Assembly (NCBI GenBank): GCA_913061235.1
Contig: CAJXTB010000025.1
Span: 1 to 64,000, forward strand
Direction of reading: 5' to 3'
Length of the DNA: 64,000 bases
Source of the DNA: an uncultured Pseudomonadota bacterium
Lineage (GTDB): Bacteria > Myxococcota_A > UBA796 > GCA-2862545
Within the stretch, counting starts at the first letter, position 1, and each line of letters begins with the position of its first letter. Made by a program: the position numbers and the translations under genes. A model generated the notes under the pieces. That model had not been told where the DNA came from and ran no database searches. It was given only the letters and a program-made list of their open reading frames with translations. Shown one piece after another: positions 1-9,460 of the stretch.

Positions 1-85
1 GGATTTCGCGCACCGCTGGACTTCCGAGCAGCTGGTTGTCCGGAATCGGGATGCCAACCTCCTGAATGTGCTTGATGGACGTCAT
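1..85 (-). CDS. 5' fragment of an unidentified gene running off the left edge (minus-strand start MTSIKHIQEVGIPIPDNQLLGSPAVREI...)
   Basis: Reverse complement of nt 1-85 reads ATG-ACG-TCC-ATC-AAG... as an open frame continuing past the window edge. No good RBS is visible and the identity is unknown. Confidence 0.25.
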   Translation of the reverse strand, partial: MTSIKHIQEVGIPIPDNQLLGSPAVREI

Positions 86-214
86 CACAGCACGCCCGGA
101 CACCTGTGGCAGTGTGTGAATCTCTAAGACCCTCAAAGCACCTCAAGAGTCGCCACGAACGCGTGAATGCGGTCTGCCGACGGGACATGAACGGGTGTCT
201 CTTGAGGAGTTCCC

Positions 215-685
215 ATGCACAGCGTTGCGTTTCCCGTCCTATTGAAAGCCCCTGTTGAAGAGGAGGCTGTGCCTACAACATGCCCGTTGACGGGGCCCGC
301 AGAGCTTGAGTTGTCTGCCACTGGCATTCGCCTGACGACGACTCGCCATCAACGTACTCTGCCCCTCGTTGCCGGTGTTCTGGCTGCTGGAGTGGGCCTT
401 GCGGTAGTGTTGCTCACCGCGGTCGCAGTGGGAGTGAGTGCGCCGTGGGCCTACGCCTTGGTAGTGCTTGCCCAGCTTCTGCTCGCGATAGCACTTGGCA
501 GTGCGGCAACTCTTGGTGTTCGTCAATGGGGCAGTGAGGTCGTGGTGGTCGACATTCCTCACGAACAGGCGCGCTGCACAGTGGACGCATCGGTGGTGCA
601 CTTGTCTTGGGGAGCAGGCCAAGAAGCCATGGCCTTGGTTCCGCCCGACCACCGGTCCGCGCTGATCAACTATCGCGTAGTGTAG
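215..685 (+). CDS. hypothetical membrane protein (two hydrophobic helices)
   Basis: 156-aa ORF with GAGGAG 5 nt upstream of the ATG. Long hydrophobic stretch LPLVAGVLAAGVGLAVVLLTAVAVGV...LVVLAQLLLAIALG. Ends 27 nt before the next gene on the same strand. Confidence 0.4.
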   Translation: MHSVAFPVLLKAPVEEEAVPTTCPLTGPAELELSATGIRLTTTRHQRTLPLVAGVLAAGVGLAVVLLTAVAVGVSAPWAYALVVLAQLLLAIALGSAATLGVRQWGSEVVVVDIPHEQARCTVDASVVHLSWGAGQEAMALVPPDHRSALINYRVV

Positions 686-711
686 GGTGCGCGAAACACG
701 TAGGAGAACGT

Positions 712-1023
712 ATGTCTCGGTGGATTCAGATGACTTTGCTCGCGCTCACCATGGCGGGCTGCGGCAATGGTGATGACAGCGACGCCACCTCGGGCCGACC
801 GTCCAATCTCGACGGCCCATGTGACGGCGGTGGTGATTGTGGGACCGGAGAGTACTGTTTCGCCGATCTAGATGCAGATCCCATCTGCCAAGCTGTTCCC
901 GACGCCTGTTCGGACGACCCGTGTGGCGAATGCGCGGAGCTCGATGCACTGTGCGAAGGGTCCGGCTCGACGTGCATCGCGTTCGGCTCAAGCGTCGACA
1001 TCGAGTGCTTCGCGATGGAGTGA
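712..1023 (+). CDS. small Cys-rich secreted lipoprotein
   Basis: AGGAGA RBS followed by ATG. Signal peptide with lipobox (MSRWIQMTLLALTMAGCG). Mature part has 10 Cys plus Asp/Gly runs (CDGGGDCGTGEYC...DPCGEC). Confidence 0.55.
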   Translation: MSRWIQMTLLALTMAGCGNGDDSDATSGRPSNLDGPCDGGGDCGTGEYCFADLDADPICQAVPDACSDDPCGECAELDALCEGSGSTCIAFGSSVDIECFAME

Positions 1024-1104
1024 GTGTTGGTTGAGGGGACATCCTCTCCCACAACGAAAGACGCCCCAGCTAAATGGCCGGGGCGTTTTCGTTGATTCAC
1101 ATGC

Positions 1105-2466
1105 CTACATGGGGGGCGGTGGCGGTCCACCACTCGGGGGCGGTGGCGGTCCAGCGGACAGCGCAGCCTTCACTTCGGCAACGTCTGTAGCGGCCTTCCA
1201 GCCGTCCCAACCGTCTTGCCACACGTGGTGCTTGCCGTCTGGGTCTGCCTTGACGGCGGCCACAACTTCGTCGAGTGATTTCTCGCTCTGACCGTCTGCG
1301 CCCGCGTAGTGGTAGCTAGCCGCACTCGGCATGGGCGGCGGTCCTGGCGGCAGCGCAGTGGCGAGCTCGGGGACATCCTTCCAGGACTTCCATGCAGCCA
1401 TTCCTGCCTTCCACACTTGGTGGTTGCCGGAGCGGTCTTGTCCAATGCGCTGGACGAGCTCTGCCGTCTTGAGCTGAGCTTGACCGGTAGGACCGTTGTA
1501 GTGCCAGGTCTCTTGGCCCGGCATGGGGGGCGGAACTGGGGCGGGACCGCCCTGCATGCCCTGGTGTGCGTTGAACGGACCGGCTTGGTTCATGGAGCCA
1601 GACATCTGGTTGCCCATCATGTTGCCCATGCCGAAGCCAACACCCATTCCTACGCCTGCACCGCCGAGACCGGTGTTTCCAGCGGCGACCTCGATAGCGT
1701 CAGCTGACTTGAGTTGTTGGTAGGCACCGAGGTTGCCGAGCACGCCCATGCGTGAGCGGTCGTCGAGCGCCTTCTCCACGTTGGCCGGCAGGCTGATGTT
1801 CTCAATGGTGAAGTCGGTGAGCGTGATGCCGTAAGACTCGTTGAACGCGGGGTTCATGCGGTCGCGCAGCTGGTCGCCGAGGTCCATGTAGTTGGCAGCC
1901 AGGTCCAAGACGGGAATCTTGGCCTTGCCAATCGTGTCCGCCAAGCCGCTGACGAGCTTGCGCTTGAGCTGGCCGGCGATTTCGTCCGTGGTGAACAGAC
2001 CGTCTGTGCCAACAACTTGCTTGAGAAAGATCTCGGGGTCGGTGACGCGGAAGCTGTAGATACCGAAGGCGCGAATACGGACGGGGCCGAACTCAGCGTC
2101 GCGCATCATGACTGGATTGCTCGTACCCCAGCGGTTCTCTGTGAACTGCGTGGTGTCGATGAAGTAGATGTCACCCTTGTACGGCATGTTGAGGCCGTAC
2201 GCGATGGACTGGAAGAACCCGGTGATGGGTGCGTTTCGCGTGTCCAGCGTGTAGGTGCCAGGGCCGAAGACGTCGGACATGGCGCCTTCGTGAATGAAGA
2301 CCGCGGCCTGTCCTTCGCGAACCACAAGCTTCGACTTGTCGGTGATTGCCTGATTGAAAATCGGGAATCGGTAGACCATTGTGTCGTTGGTGTCGTCGAG
2401 CCACTGGATGACATCCAGGAACTGAGCGCCGGCGTGCTGCTTGAGTGTGTCCCAAAGTCCCATGGG
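1105..2466 (-). CDS. SPFH/band-7 domain protein with C-terminal GYF-like (DUF4339-type) tandem repeats and a poly-Pro tail
   Basis: N-terminal MGLWDTLKQ...FLDVIQW...VVREGQAAVF matches the SPFH 'virion core protein-like' family. C-terminus has two W-rich repeats (HQVWKAGMAAWKSWKDV / HHVWQDGWDGWKAATDV) and PPPPPSGGPPPPPM. GAAGGAAG precedes the internal ATG at 2466; the longer ORF to 2517 was rejected. Confidence 0.7.
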   Translation of the reverse strand, partial: PMGLWDTLKQHAGAQFLDVIQWLDDTNDTMVYRFPIFNQAITDKSKLVVREGQAAVFIHEGAMSDVFGPGTYTLDTRNAPITGFFQSIAYGLNMPYKGDIYFIDTTQFTENRWGTSNPVMMRDAEFGPVRIRAFGIYSFRVTDPEIFLKQVVGTDGLFTTDEIAGQLKRKLVSGLADTIGKAKIPVLDLAANYMDLGDQLRDRMNPAFNESYGITLTDFTIENISLPANVEKALDDRSRMGVLGNLGAYQQLKSADAIEVAAGNTGLGGAGVGMGVGFGMGNMMGNQMSGSMNQAGPFNAHQGMQGGPAPVPPPMPGQETWHYNGPTGQAQLKTAELVQRIGQDRSGNHQVWKAGMAAWKSWKDVPELATALPPGPPPMPSAASYHYAGADGQSEKSLDEVVAAVKADPDGKHHVWQDGWDGWKAATDVAEVKAALSAGPPPPPSGGPPPPPM

Positions 2467-2657
2467 TGCTTCCTTCGAAAAAGTGTGTGAGCGGGGGTTC
2501 GCGGTGGACGTACGCACCGCTCCCGTCTACGCAACGGGGCGATAGAGTAATGCACGTCTGACTCAGGAGCCTCACGATCTCACTTTCTGACCGAATTGCC
2601 GGCACCCGCCTGGGGTCTATTGCCCTTGCTACGGGCGCTGCTGTCGGTGTTCCGCTG

Positions 2658-3182
2658 TTGGCCACGGTGAGCGCTTCGCCGGCTGGAGACATCGCGTTGA
2701 TCGCCACATCTGTGGTTGGCGCAACCGCCGCCGGTGCGGTGGTTCTGTGGCGACGCAAGCTGCGCTCTCTACCGTTGGAGCTAGCTGCAATCGCGTGCCA
2801 GAGCGTGTACGGTGGCCATCCTGTGTTCCGTTTTCGCGTGCGTCTGGGGCGGAATCGCATTCTGACCCAGGGGCAAGCATCCGTTCGATTCATAGGGGAC
2901 GGCGGGGAGGTAGAGCTGCCCATTGAGCTGCCTTCAGTCCAAGCGTGTGTAGGACCCTGGACACTCGCCGTGCTCGACCGGGACCGCCGATGTGTCGGGG
3001 ACGGGCAGTTCGTTGTCTCGGTACGCGCCAGAGAAGGTGAACGAGAGTGGCAGGTCAGCGAGACCTACCCGACCGGTACCCTGCAATCCGGACGGTTTGC
3101 TGCGGCTGCCACCCTCACCGCTGCCGCTATGACACTGGATGCGGACCACTGGGACGCCGTTGTTGCCGAGGACGGAACTTAG
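2658..3182 (+). CDS. hypothetical membrane-anchored protein, first gene of the protease operon
   Basis: 174-aa ORF beginning with TTG at 2658. The frame stays open upstream to 2562 through a hydrophobic stretch, so the true start is uncertain. Its TAG stop abuts the ATG of the S8 peptidase. Confidence 0.4.
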   Translation: MATVSASPAGDIALIATSVVGATAAGAVVLWRRKLRSLPLELAAIACQSVYGGHPVFRFRVRLGRNRILTQGQASVRFIGDGGEVELPIELPSVQACVGPWTLAVLDRDRRCVGDGQFVVSVRAREGEREWQVSETYPTGTLQSGRFAAAATLTAAAMTLDADHWDAVVAEDGT

Positions 3183-4670
3183 ATGCTGGTGTTGGCCTTG
3201 ATTCCGCTGGTTGTCGACCCCTGGTCGCTGATCCGGGTTGAGGACCCCAACTATCCCGGAGCAGAGACACACTCGGCGACTGGCTCTGTCCTGCTCGAGC
3301 CGCCTCCGCCCGGCATTGCGTGGACTGAAGAAGACGTGCCAGTGACCGATTCCTTCGTCGCTGAAGGGGCCCTGGCTGCACTGGCAGTACATCCTTGGCA
3401 TGACGGCGGCTTCACCGGTGCCGGAGTGAAGGTTGCCGTGTTCGACCTTCAGTGGTTCTCGTCCCTAGACTTGACCGAGGAACTTGGCGAGTTCACCAGT
3501 CACGACTGTTTTGCTGACGCAACCTGCGAACAACCCATCGATTTTCTGCGCCCGCGGTTCCGCTTTGAGCAAGGCGTTCACGGTATCGCTTGCGCTGAGA
3601 TCGTCCGCGACATCGCTCCAGACGTTGAACTGCACTTGGTTCGTACCCAAGGCCGCACCACGCTTGAAAATGCGATTGACTGGGCCGTACGTGAAGAGAT
3701 GGACATCATCAGCATGTCGCTGTCCTTCCTCAACAGTTCGTTTCACGATGGCCGTGGGCCTGTCTCCGAGCTCGCGGCGAAAGCGGCGGCTGGCGGAGTG
3801 CTGTTGGTCACGAGCAGCGGAAACTACGCCGATTCCCATTGGGGCGGCCCATGGATTGACGGCGACAACGACGGACGACTGGACTTTGACGGTGACAATC
3901 AGCTGGACGTGCGCTTGGGGGCTGGCCCGCAGAGCACTCTCGTTCAGTGGGACCAGCGACTGAGCTGTGGTGAGACCGACCTAGACCTTCGCTTAGTCGA
4001 TGATGAAGGCCGTATTCTCGGCGTGTCGGAAGTACGTCAGCTCCCAGGCGCCGATCGGTGTCAACCGTACGAACGTGTGCCGTCCAACGTGCAAGAAGCG
4101 CAGTGGGGACACCTCGAAGTGTGGCTGCACCGCGGTGCCACTGTGGATCTGGATGTGGACTTGCTCTCGACCAGCGGTCGTCTGCGTCCGGCGATGGCGG
4201 AAGGATCCATCGCCGATCCCGCCGCCTCGCCCTTGGCCTTCGCAGTGGGGGCTGTTCGCGCCGAAGGGTACTTCTCGAATGATGTCGAAGCGTTCAGTTC
4301 GTGGGGTTCGCGCACAATTGGCTACCCGAAACCGGACATCGTCGGACCGAATGGTGTGTCCACGGCGGCGTATGGCGCGCGGGGTTTCTACGGGACCAGC
4401 GCCTCCACGCCAGCCGTTGCAGCGGCCATTGCGCTGATCATGAGTGAAGACCCCACACTAAGTTCTTGGCAGGCCGCACGTCTCCTACAGCAGTCAGCAT
4501 TCGGTGGACAACCGGTTTTTAGCGAGCCGAGTCCGGCATTTGGAGCGGGAAAAGCGCGACTCCCATCCCTTGGGGCAACCCGGACCGGTTGCGTTCGAGG
4601 AGACCGCAGTGGGCTGTTCTTCGGGCTGCCATTGTTGTGGCTCGCGCGAAGGCGGCACCGTTCGGGGTAA
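3183..4670 (+). CDS. S8 family subtilisin-like serine peptidase with a MYXO-CTERM-type C-terminal sorting tail
   Basis: Catalytic-triad motifs in subtilase order: VAVFDLQ (Asp), GVHGIACAEI (His), GTSASTPAVAAAIAL (Ser). C-terminus is TGCVRGD...LPLLWLARRRHR. Confidence 0.8.
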   Translation: MLVLALIPLVVDPWSLIRVEDPNYPGAETHSATGSVLLEPPPPGIAWTEEDVPVTDSFVAEGALAALAVHPWHDGGFTGAGVKVAVFDLQWFSSLDLTEELGEFTSHDCFADATCEQPIDFLRPRFRFEQGVHGIACAEIVRDIAPDVELHLVRTQGRTTLENAIDWAVREEMDIISMSLSFLNSSFHDGRGPVSELAAKAAAGGVLLVTSSGNYADSHWGGPWIDGDNDGRLDFDGDNQLDVRLGAGPQSTLVQWDQRLSCGETDLDLRLVDDEGRILGVSEVRQLPGADRCQPYERVPSNVQEAQWGHLEVWLHRGATVDLDVDLLSTSGRLRPAMAEGSIADPAASPLAFAVGAVRAEGYFSNDVEAFSSWGSRTIGYPKPDIVGPNGVSTAAYGARGFYGTSASTPAVAAAIALIMSEDPTLSSWQAARLLQQSAFGGQPVFSEPSPAFGAGKARLPSLGATRTGCVRGDRSGLFFGLPLLWLARRRHRSG

Positions 4671-4683
4671 GGTGCGCGGCCTG

Positions 4684-6903
4684 ATGTCTGGAGTCCGTGT
4701 GCGTCTATCGCTCGCCCCGCTTGTGTTGCTTGCCTTTGCCTGCGAACCCGAAACCGAGGGGATTGATCCCATCGGTGTGTGGACTGCTCCTGAAGCGGCC
4801 ACCAGCATGTCCGTGCTGCCTGCGTCTGGAACTGCTCCAGTGCGTGTGGCCATACGCGGCCAAGGCAGCTGGGGTGCGGCAGTTCCCGGTGATTTGTCAG
4901 GTGTGACCCTCGATGGCGCGCCCGTCGAGATTCAGACAGACGGCGGCGGCGTGGGTGTGTTGACCCTCGACCAAGCCGGTGTGTACACCGTAGCGGCTGA
5001 CAACAGTGTTGTGGTCCCTGTGTTCGCTGGCGCACTGGGCCTTGATGTCAACCCTCGTGCACTCGCACAGGACACCCTGACTAACGTGCATGCTTCAACT
5101 GCCGGCGCCATTGGGGTCTCCGAGTCCAATGTCTGGTGGATTCCAGCTCAAGGCGAGGCGGTGTCGGTTGTAGACGTCGCTGGAGAGCGGATCATCGCAG
5201 GTAGTGCTGCAGGAGCTATCGACGCCGACGGTCTGACGGACGTTGTTGTCTGGAGCGGCGGAACCGTCGCTGTGTTGCGCAGCCATCCCATCGCGGGTCA
5301 CGTGCTCGCTGGAACCATCGAAGCCGAAGGCCGAAGCGTCGCTTCCGCTGCGATCGGTGACGTAGACGGTGACGGCCTCTCAGACATTGTGATTGCCTGG
5401 TCCGAGGCGCCCCGATTCGAGCTGGAAGTGTGGGGCGGAGACGGTGCTTTCAACTTCACCGTAGATGACACTCTGCGTCTGCGGAACGCGCCAAACTCGG
5501 TGTCTATCGGGGACAACACAGGTGAGGGACGGCCGCAGATCACCGTCCTAGACGACACCAACTTCTGGGTACGTTTCGTCCGTAGCGGCGACACCTACGC
5601 TCAGACTGGACCCACCCTCGTTGATACCTCCTTCCCGGACGCATCCACGTCGCTGTCGGGTGACGTAAACGGCGATGGCGCAGACGAATTGTTTGTGATC
5701 GGTCCGCTCGCACCTACCGTGCAACGGGACGTTCGCATGTTCGACTTGTCGGATGCGGTGTCGGTCACCAGCTTTGAGAGCGGCAGTATTGGCGCCTCCG
5801 TGGCTGTCGCAGACTCAGACCGTGATGGCCGTCAAGATGTCTGGCTGGCCCAAGAAACGGGCGAGGTCTTTGTCAGACGCATTCCTGTCGAAGCACAGGA
5901 ACAGCGAAGCGTCTGGATGGCACCCGATCCCGGTCCCATCGCGGTTGGGGACTTCAGCGGTGACGGGATTCCCGAGCTGTTTGTGGCCGGTCCGACCACT
6001 TGGGACACCATGTGGGGAGGCACCGCGACCTTCGACACGGGTGTGTGGTGGGCGCCTGCGGATGACGAGACGGTCTTCGAGACCACCTTCACTGTTCCTC
6101 CAGTCTTCATTCGCCCTGACGTTGGCTCTGGCCGGCTCGACATCGTCGGCATGACCGAGTCGGGTGCCAACGTGGACCTTGCTGTTGTGGCGTTGTCCCC
6201 TGGGCCGTCACCCATCCTCAGCGAGCTTGGGACCACCCGCGTATCGATCAGCAACGCTGATGGTGTTGCGATCGCCTATTGTGGCGGGATCGCCTACGCT
6301 CTGACCACCGCTGAGGTCGTCATGGTCGACCTCACGACCGCACCGGCGACTCTACTAGGAACGGCTGACGTCACCGGTGGAACCGTTGTGGCCTGCGGCG
6401 AAGGCCCTTCGTCCTCCACGGTCGGTGTGTTGACAGCCGGCGTTGTCAGTTTGTTTGACGACGGCGGAAATGCACAAGGAACCGAGACCATTGCCGGTGC
6501 TGTGGACATTGGTCTGGCTGGCGGTAGCGTGGAGTCCTGCACGACTGTTGGATGTAGCATTGCGGTGTTGCCCGACGGCCGGGTCGTGACATCGACCGCA
6601 GACGGCGTGTCGGTCGACGATGCGACCTACACAGGCTCGGGCCTGTTGTCGGTTGTGGACATCGATGGAGATGGCACGCAAGAAGTGCTCGCGTTTGCGG
6701 ACGGTGACTTGACCGTCTTCGACGACGCTGCGGCCTCCCTCGTGCCTCGGTACCGTGCCTACAGTGACCTCCGCGTGGACGGTGGTTTGGCTACTGTTGA
6801 TCTCTTTGCAGATGGCAGACGAACGCTTGTTGGCAGTCGTGACGGAAATATTATCGTTTCTACCGGAAATATCCCGGCTGTTGAATCGGACGACGATGAG
6901 TGA
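4684..6903 (+). CDS. FG-GAP/VCBS-repeat (integrin-alpha-like beta-propeller) lipoprotein
   Basis: Lipoprotein signal MSGVRVRLSLAPLVLLAFAC. Multiple Ca-binding-like DxDGDG blades (DVDGDGLSDIVIAW, GDVNGDGADELFVIG, DSDRDGRQDVWLA, GDFSGDGIPELFVAG, VVDIDGDGTQEVLAF). Starts 14 nt after the protease stop. The longer ORF 4504..6903 overlapping the protease was rejected. Confidence 0.7.
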   Translation: MSGVRVRLSLAPLVLLAFACEPETEGIDPIGVWTAPEAATSMSVLPASGTAPVRVAIRGQGSWGAAVPGDLSGVTLDGAPVEIQTDGGGVGVLTLDQAGVYTVAADNSVVVPVFAGALGLDVNPRALAQDTLTNVHASTAGAIGVSESNVWWIPAQGEAVSVVDVAGERIIAGSAAGAIDADGLTDVVVWSGGTVAVLRSHPIAGHVLAGTIEAEGRSVASAAIGDVDGDGLSDIVIAWSEAPRFELEVWGGDGAFNFTVDDTLRLRNAPNSVSIGDNTGEGRPQITVLDDTNFWVRFVRSGDTYAQTGPTLVDTSFPDASTSLSGDVNGDGADELFVIGPLAPTVQRDVRMFDLSDAVSVTSFESGSIGASVAVADSDRDGRQDVWLAQETGEVFVRRIPVEAQEQRSVWMAPDPGPIAVGDFSGDGIPELFVAGPTTWDTMWGGTATFDTGVWWAPADDETVFETTFTVPPVFIRPDVGSGRLDIVGMTESGANVDLAVVALSPGPSPILSELGTTRVSISNADGVAIAYCGGIAYALTTAEVVMVDLTTAPATLLGTADVTGGTVVACGEGPSSSTVGVLTAGVVSLFDDGGNAQGTETIAGAVDIGLAGGSVESCTTVGCSIAVLPDGRVVTSTADGVSVDDATYTGSGLLSVVDIDGDGTQEVLAFADGDLTVFDDAAASLVPRYRAYSDLRVDGGLATVDLFADGRRTLVGSRDGNIIVSTGNIPAVESDDDE

Positions 6904-6982
6904 GTCAATTCCTGGCTCCCTCACCCCCTGTCCGAAACCTTGTGGGTCCGTTAGCAGGCCCGACATTGTCGACACTCTGTTG

Positions 6983-7012
6983 TTGACGCAAGACGCTCGA
7001 GACGCCTATATG
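6983..7012 (+). promoter_or_regulatory. candidate sigma70-type promoter for the 7042 lipoprotein gene
   Basis: TTGACG (6983-6988), 18-nt spacer, TATATG (7007-7012), about 30 nt upstream of the ATG. Confidence 0.3.
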
Positions 7013-7041
7013 GGCTGCTCGACTGCGTCTGGATTGGAGCG

Positions 7042-8205
7042 ATGATGACTCGTATTTCGCTAGTAATTGCCCTTGGCCTCTCTGCCTGCGCCCCGAACAA
7101 CGCGACCGTCGAAGACGGGCAGTTCATGGCCTACTTGGCGGCGAACACCTCGCAGAGCCTGTTTGAAGACAAGCTCAACTTCGACGATGCTGAAGTGTCC
7201 TTCAACATCGACTGCCGCGAACTGGATGACGAATCGGATCGCCTCGAAGCTCCGATCGACAACTGCGAAAACAACTTCGAAGAAGCTTGGTTGGATTCCG
7301 ATGGGTACGTCGCTATTGGCGGACCGCTCGATCCATGGCGCGGCGAAGGTATCATCACCTCCGAAGGCGACATTCAGATCGGCTTCCATCAGCGTCTGCC
7401 CGGTGGCGAAGACTTCCGCTTTGCGTTTGTCATCGATCCCAACTTCCAGCCTCAGCGTTGCTCGGAAGATGGCAATGGCAACACTGTCTCCGAAGACATT
7501 GATGGCAATTGGATTGAGAACTGGTCTGCAGATGTCGACGGCGGCATGATGTACTACCTCACGAACGGCGGATTCCAGTTCAATCCCGCGAGCACCCAGG
7601 AAATCTGGACCTTGCCGCAGGAGTGGCGTTCGGGCGGTGCATGGGGTCGGTTTGCGGCTGAAGATCTCCAGGTTCGTGCCGGATACTACGGCAGCCCTGG
7701 TGCCTACAATGACATCGCTGCAGATGAAGATGCGGCTGTCAGCCCGAACGACCTGTTCTGGTCGGACATGGACGAAGGCGCCGATCCAACATCGGACCGT
7801 GGTCACCAGAGCTTGATTTCAGACGTGCAAGACATCTCGGACGAAGTCAACGACGAGCTAGCCGCCATCAGCGCGCCTATCTTGACCCGCGTTCACACCA
7901 ACGAATGGCGTACTCCTGACCAGTCCGCTGCTGGCCTCGATAGCTGGGTTGAACTTCACTACTCGTATGTCCACTTTGACGCTGGCTCGTCCTTCGAGAA
8001 GGGTGATGCTCTCTCCGGTGAATTCCAGCTGGTGTTTGACGCCTCCGAGTCCCAGACCCGCGTCATGGTGTCTGGCCGGTTCAACGTCGACAAGCTCAAG
8101 CGTGACCGCTGGGTCACGGATGATGTCCAGGCTGCCAAACAAACTGAGAACGGAACGGTTCTCTGTGGTGACAGCGATGACTCGGGCGACGAACCCGCTG
8201 AATAG
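7042..8205 (+). CDS. acidic secreted lipoprotein, hypothetical
   Basis: Signal and lipobox MMTRISLVIALGLSACAP. 387 aa, very Asp/Glu-rich. No recognisable enzymatic motif. Confidence 0.55.
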   Translation: MMTRISLVIALGLSACAPNNATVEDGQFMAYLAANTSQSLFEDKLNFDDAEVSFNIDCRELDDESDRLEAPIDNCENNFEEAWLDSDGYVAIGGPLDPWRGEGIITSEGDIQIGFHQRLPGGEDFRFAFVIDPNFQPQRCSEDGNGNTVSEDIDGNWIENWSADVDGGMMYYLTNGGFQFNPASTQEIWTLPQEWRSGGAWGRFAAEDLQVRAGYYGSPGAYNDIAADEDAAVSPNDLFWSDMDEGADPTSDRGHQSLISDVQDISDEVNDELAAISAPILTRVHTNEWRTPDQSAAGLDSWVELHYSYVHFDAGSSFEKGDALSGEFQLVFDASESQTRVMVSGRFNVDKLKRDRWVTDDVQAAKQTENGTVLCGDSDDSGDEPAE

Positions 8206-8257
8206 GCGCGTTTAGCGTTGTTTGAGGCGCCTTGAGGTGCCTTGATACCGAAGCCAA

Positions 8258-8632
8258 GTGAAGGGTCGCTGTCGTTCAGACAGCGACCCTTTCTTGTTGG
8301 AGTTCTCGGTGATCATCTTTAACTTTGTGGCTATTGCCCAGATAATGCTGGCCTTTCTGCCGGCCCTCGCCGTTGCGGGCCTTGCCCATCTGGTCGGCGG
8401 CGACTTCGACTTCTGGCTGTTTCTGTGCATTGCCGCCTTGGTCATGCCCATCGACGGCATCTGGCGTCTGGCTGGCATTGCTGGCAGCGAGGGAGAAGAC
8501 GGTGAAGTCATTGTTGGCGGGGGCATGCTGAACATTGTGACGCCCAGTGGCGGTGGTCACTTGTTCTTCATCCCCAACTGGATTGTCGGCGGGCTCGTCG
8601 GAGTCGGTATCTGTACCGGCTTTTTGAGCTAG
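8258..8632 (+). CDS. small Gly-rich membrane protein, hypothetical (start may be 8345)
   Basis: Two or three hydrophobic segments (IMLAFLPALAVAGLAHLVGG, FWLFLCIAALVMPIDGIW, IPNWIVGGLVGVGICTGFL). No obvious RBS. Confidence 0.3.
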   Translation: MKGRCRSDSDPFLLEFSVIIFNFVAIAQIMLAFLPALAVAGLAHLVGGDFDFWLFLCIAALVMPIDGIWRLAGIAGSEGEDGEVIVGGGMLNIVTPSGGGHLFFIPNWIVGGLVGVGICTGFLS

Positions 8633-9402
8633 GCCTCGCCCTTGCGCTCAATACACAGAATCCACTTGCTGCTCTTCGCCGTGACGTCGCGGCCGTCGAA
8701 CCCTCCGGCCTCATGGGCAATGCGAAAGCCGCCCCAGTCGAGCAGCGCCAGCATCTCCTGGTAGTGGAACACGCGAAGGTCGAGCTTTACTTCCTCCGGG
8801 GTTTCTCCCTCGGGAATGTACGTGTACTCGACATGGTGGATCTGGGCGATGGGGTCGTACCAGGACTGTTCCCAGCTGTGGATGTTCTGGCCGGTGACCG
8901 GATGCGCGAAGTCGGTGTGTCCGTATTTTTGGCTCGGATCGCGGCCGTGCAGAATGGGATCTGGAAGGTAGCAGTCCAGGTAGAAGCGCCCGTCGGGTAG
9001 CAGTACGCTGTCGACTGAGGCGAGCAAGGCCAGCACATCACTGTGGTGGGTACAGTGGTGGATGGCATTGAAAGGCAAGAAGACGGTCCGGTAGGAACGC
9101 GGTCCCTTCAAGTGGCGAAAGTCGCCCTGACGCGTACGTATACGCGCTTGCACATGCACCGGTTCGGCGTCGACTTTTCGTTGGAGGTCGCGCAGCATGT
9201 CCTGCGAGCGGTCGATGCCGTGGACTTCAATGTTCGCGCGAGCGAGGGGAAGCGCAATCCTGCCGTTGCCGACGCCGAGCTCCAACACCGGTCCGCCGCG
9301 AGCTTTTGCGAGAGCGACATAGTGCTCAATGTCTGCGGCCAGGGCCGAATACTCAAGGTCGTAGAGCATTGGGTGCCGGTAGGCGAGATCTGACGCGTCC
9401 AT
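8629..9402 (-). CDS. class I SAM-dependent methyltransferase
   Basis: Motif I VLELGVGNGRIALPLA, then LLPDGRFYLD (post-I/II region). 257 aa. Divergent from the HAL-like pair with a 58-bp gap. Confidence 0.8.
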   Translation of the reverse strand: MDASDLAYRHPMLYDLEYSALAADIEHYVALAKARGGPVLELGVGNGRIALPLARANIEVHGIDRSQDMLRDLQRKVDAEPVHVQARIRTRQGDFRHLKGPRSYRTVFLPFNAIHHCTHHSDVLALLASVDSVLLPDGRFYLDCYLPDPILHGRDPSQKYGHTDFAHPVTGQNIHSWEQSWYDPIAQIHHVEYTYIPEGETPEEVKLDLRVFHYQEMLALLDWGGFRIAHEAGGFDGRDVTAKSSKWILCIERKGEA

Positions 9403-9460
9403 CCCGTCCCCCTTTGGTTATGCAGCCTGCCTATCGGGTGGACCGACTGAAGGACAGCGC

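Noticed and set aside
2171-2923. 250-aa minus-strand ORF
   Set aside because: Antisense to the SPFH gene 3' region and to the 2658 gene. Composition is Arg/Pro/Thr-rich, typical of shadow ORFs in high-GC DNA.
4504-4683. N-terminal extension of the FG-GAP ORF (4504..) overlapping the 3' end of the S8 protease gene
   Set aside because: A lipoprotein signal with ATG at 4684 sits 14 nt after the protease stop. The 60-aa extension has no signal and overlaps a gene that has clear catalytic motifs.
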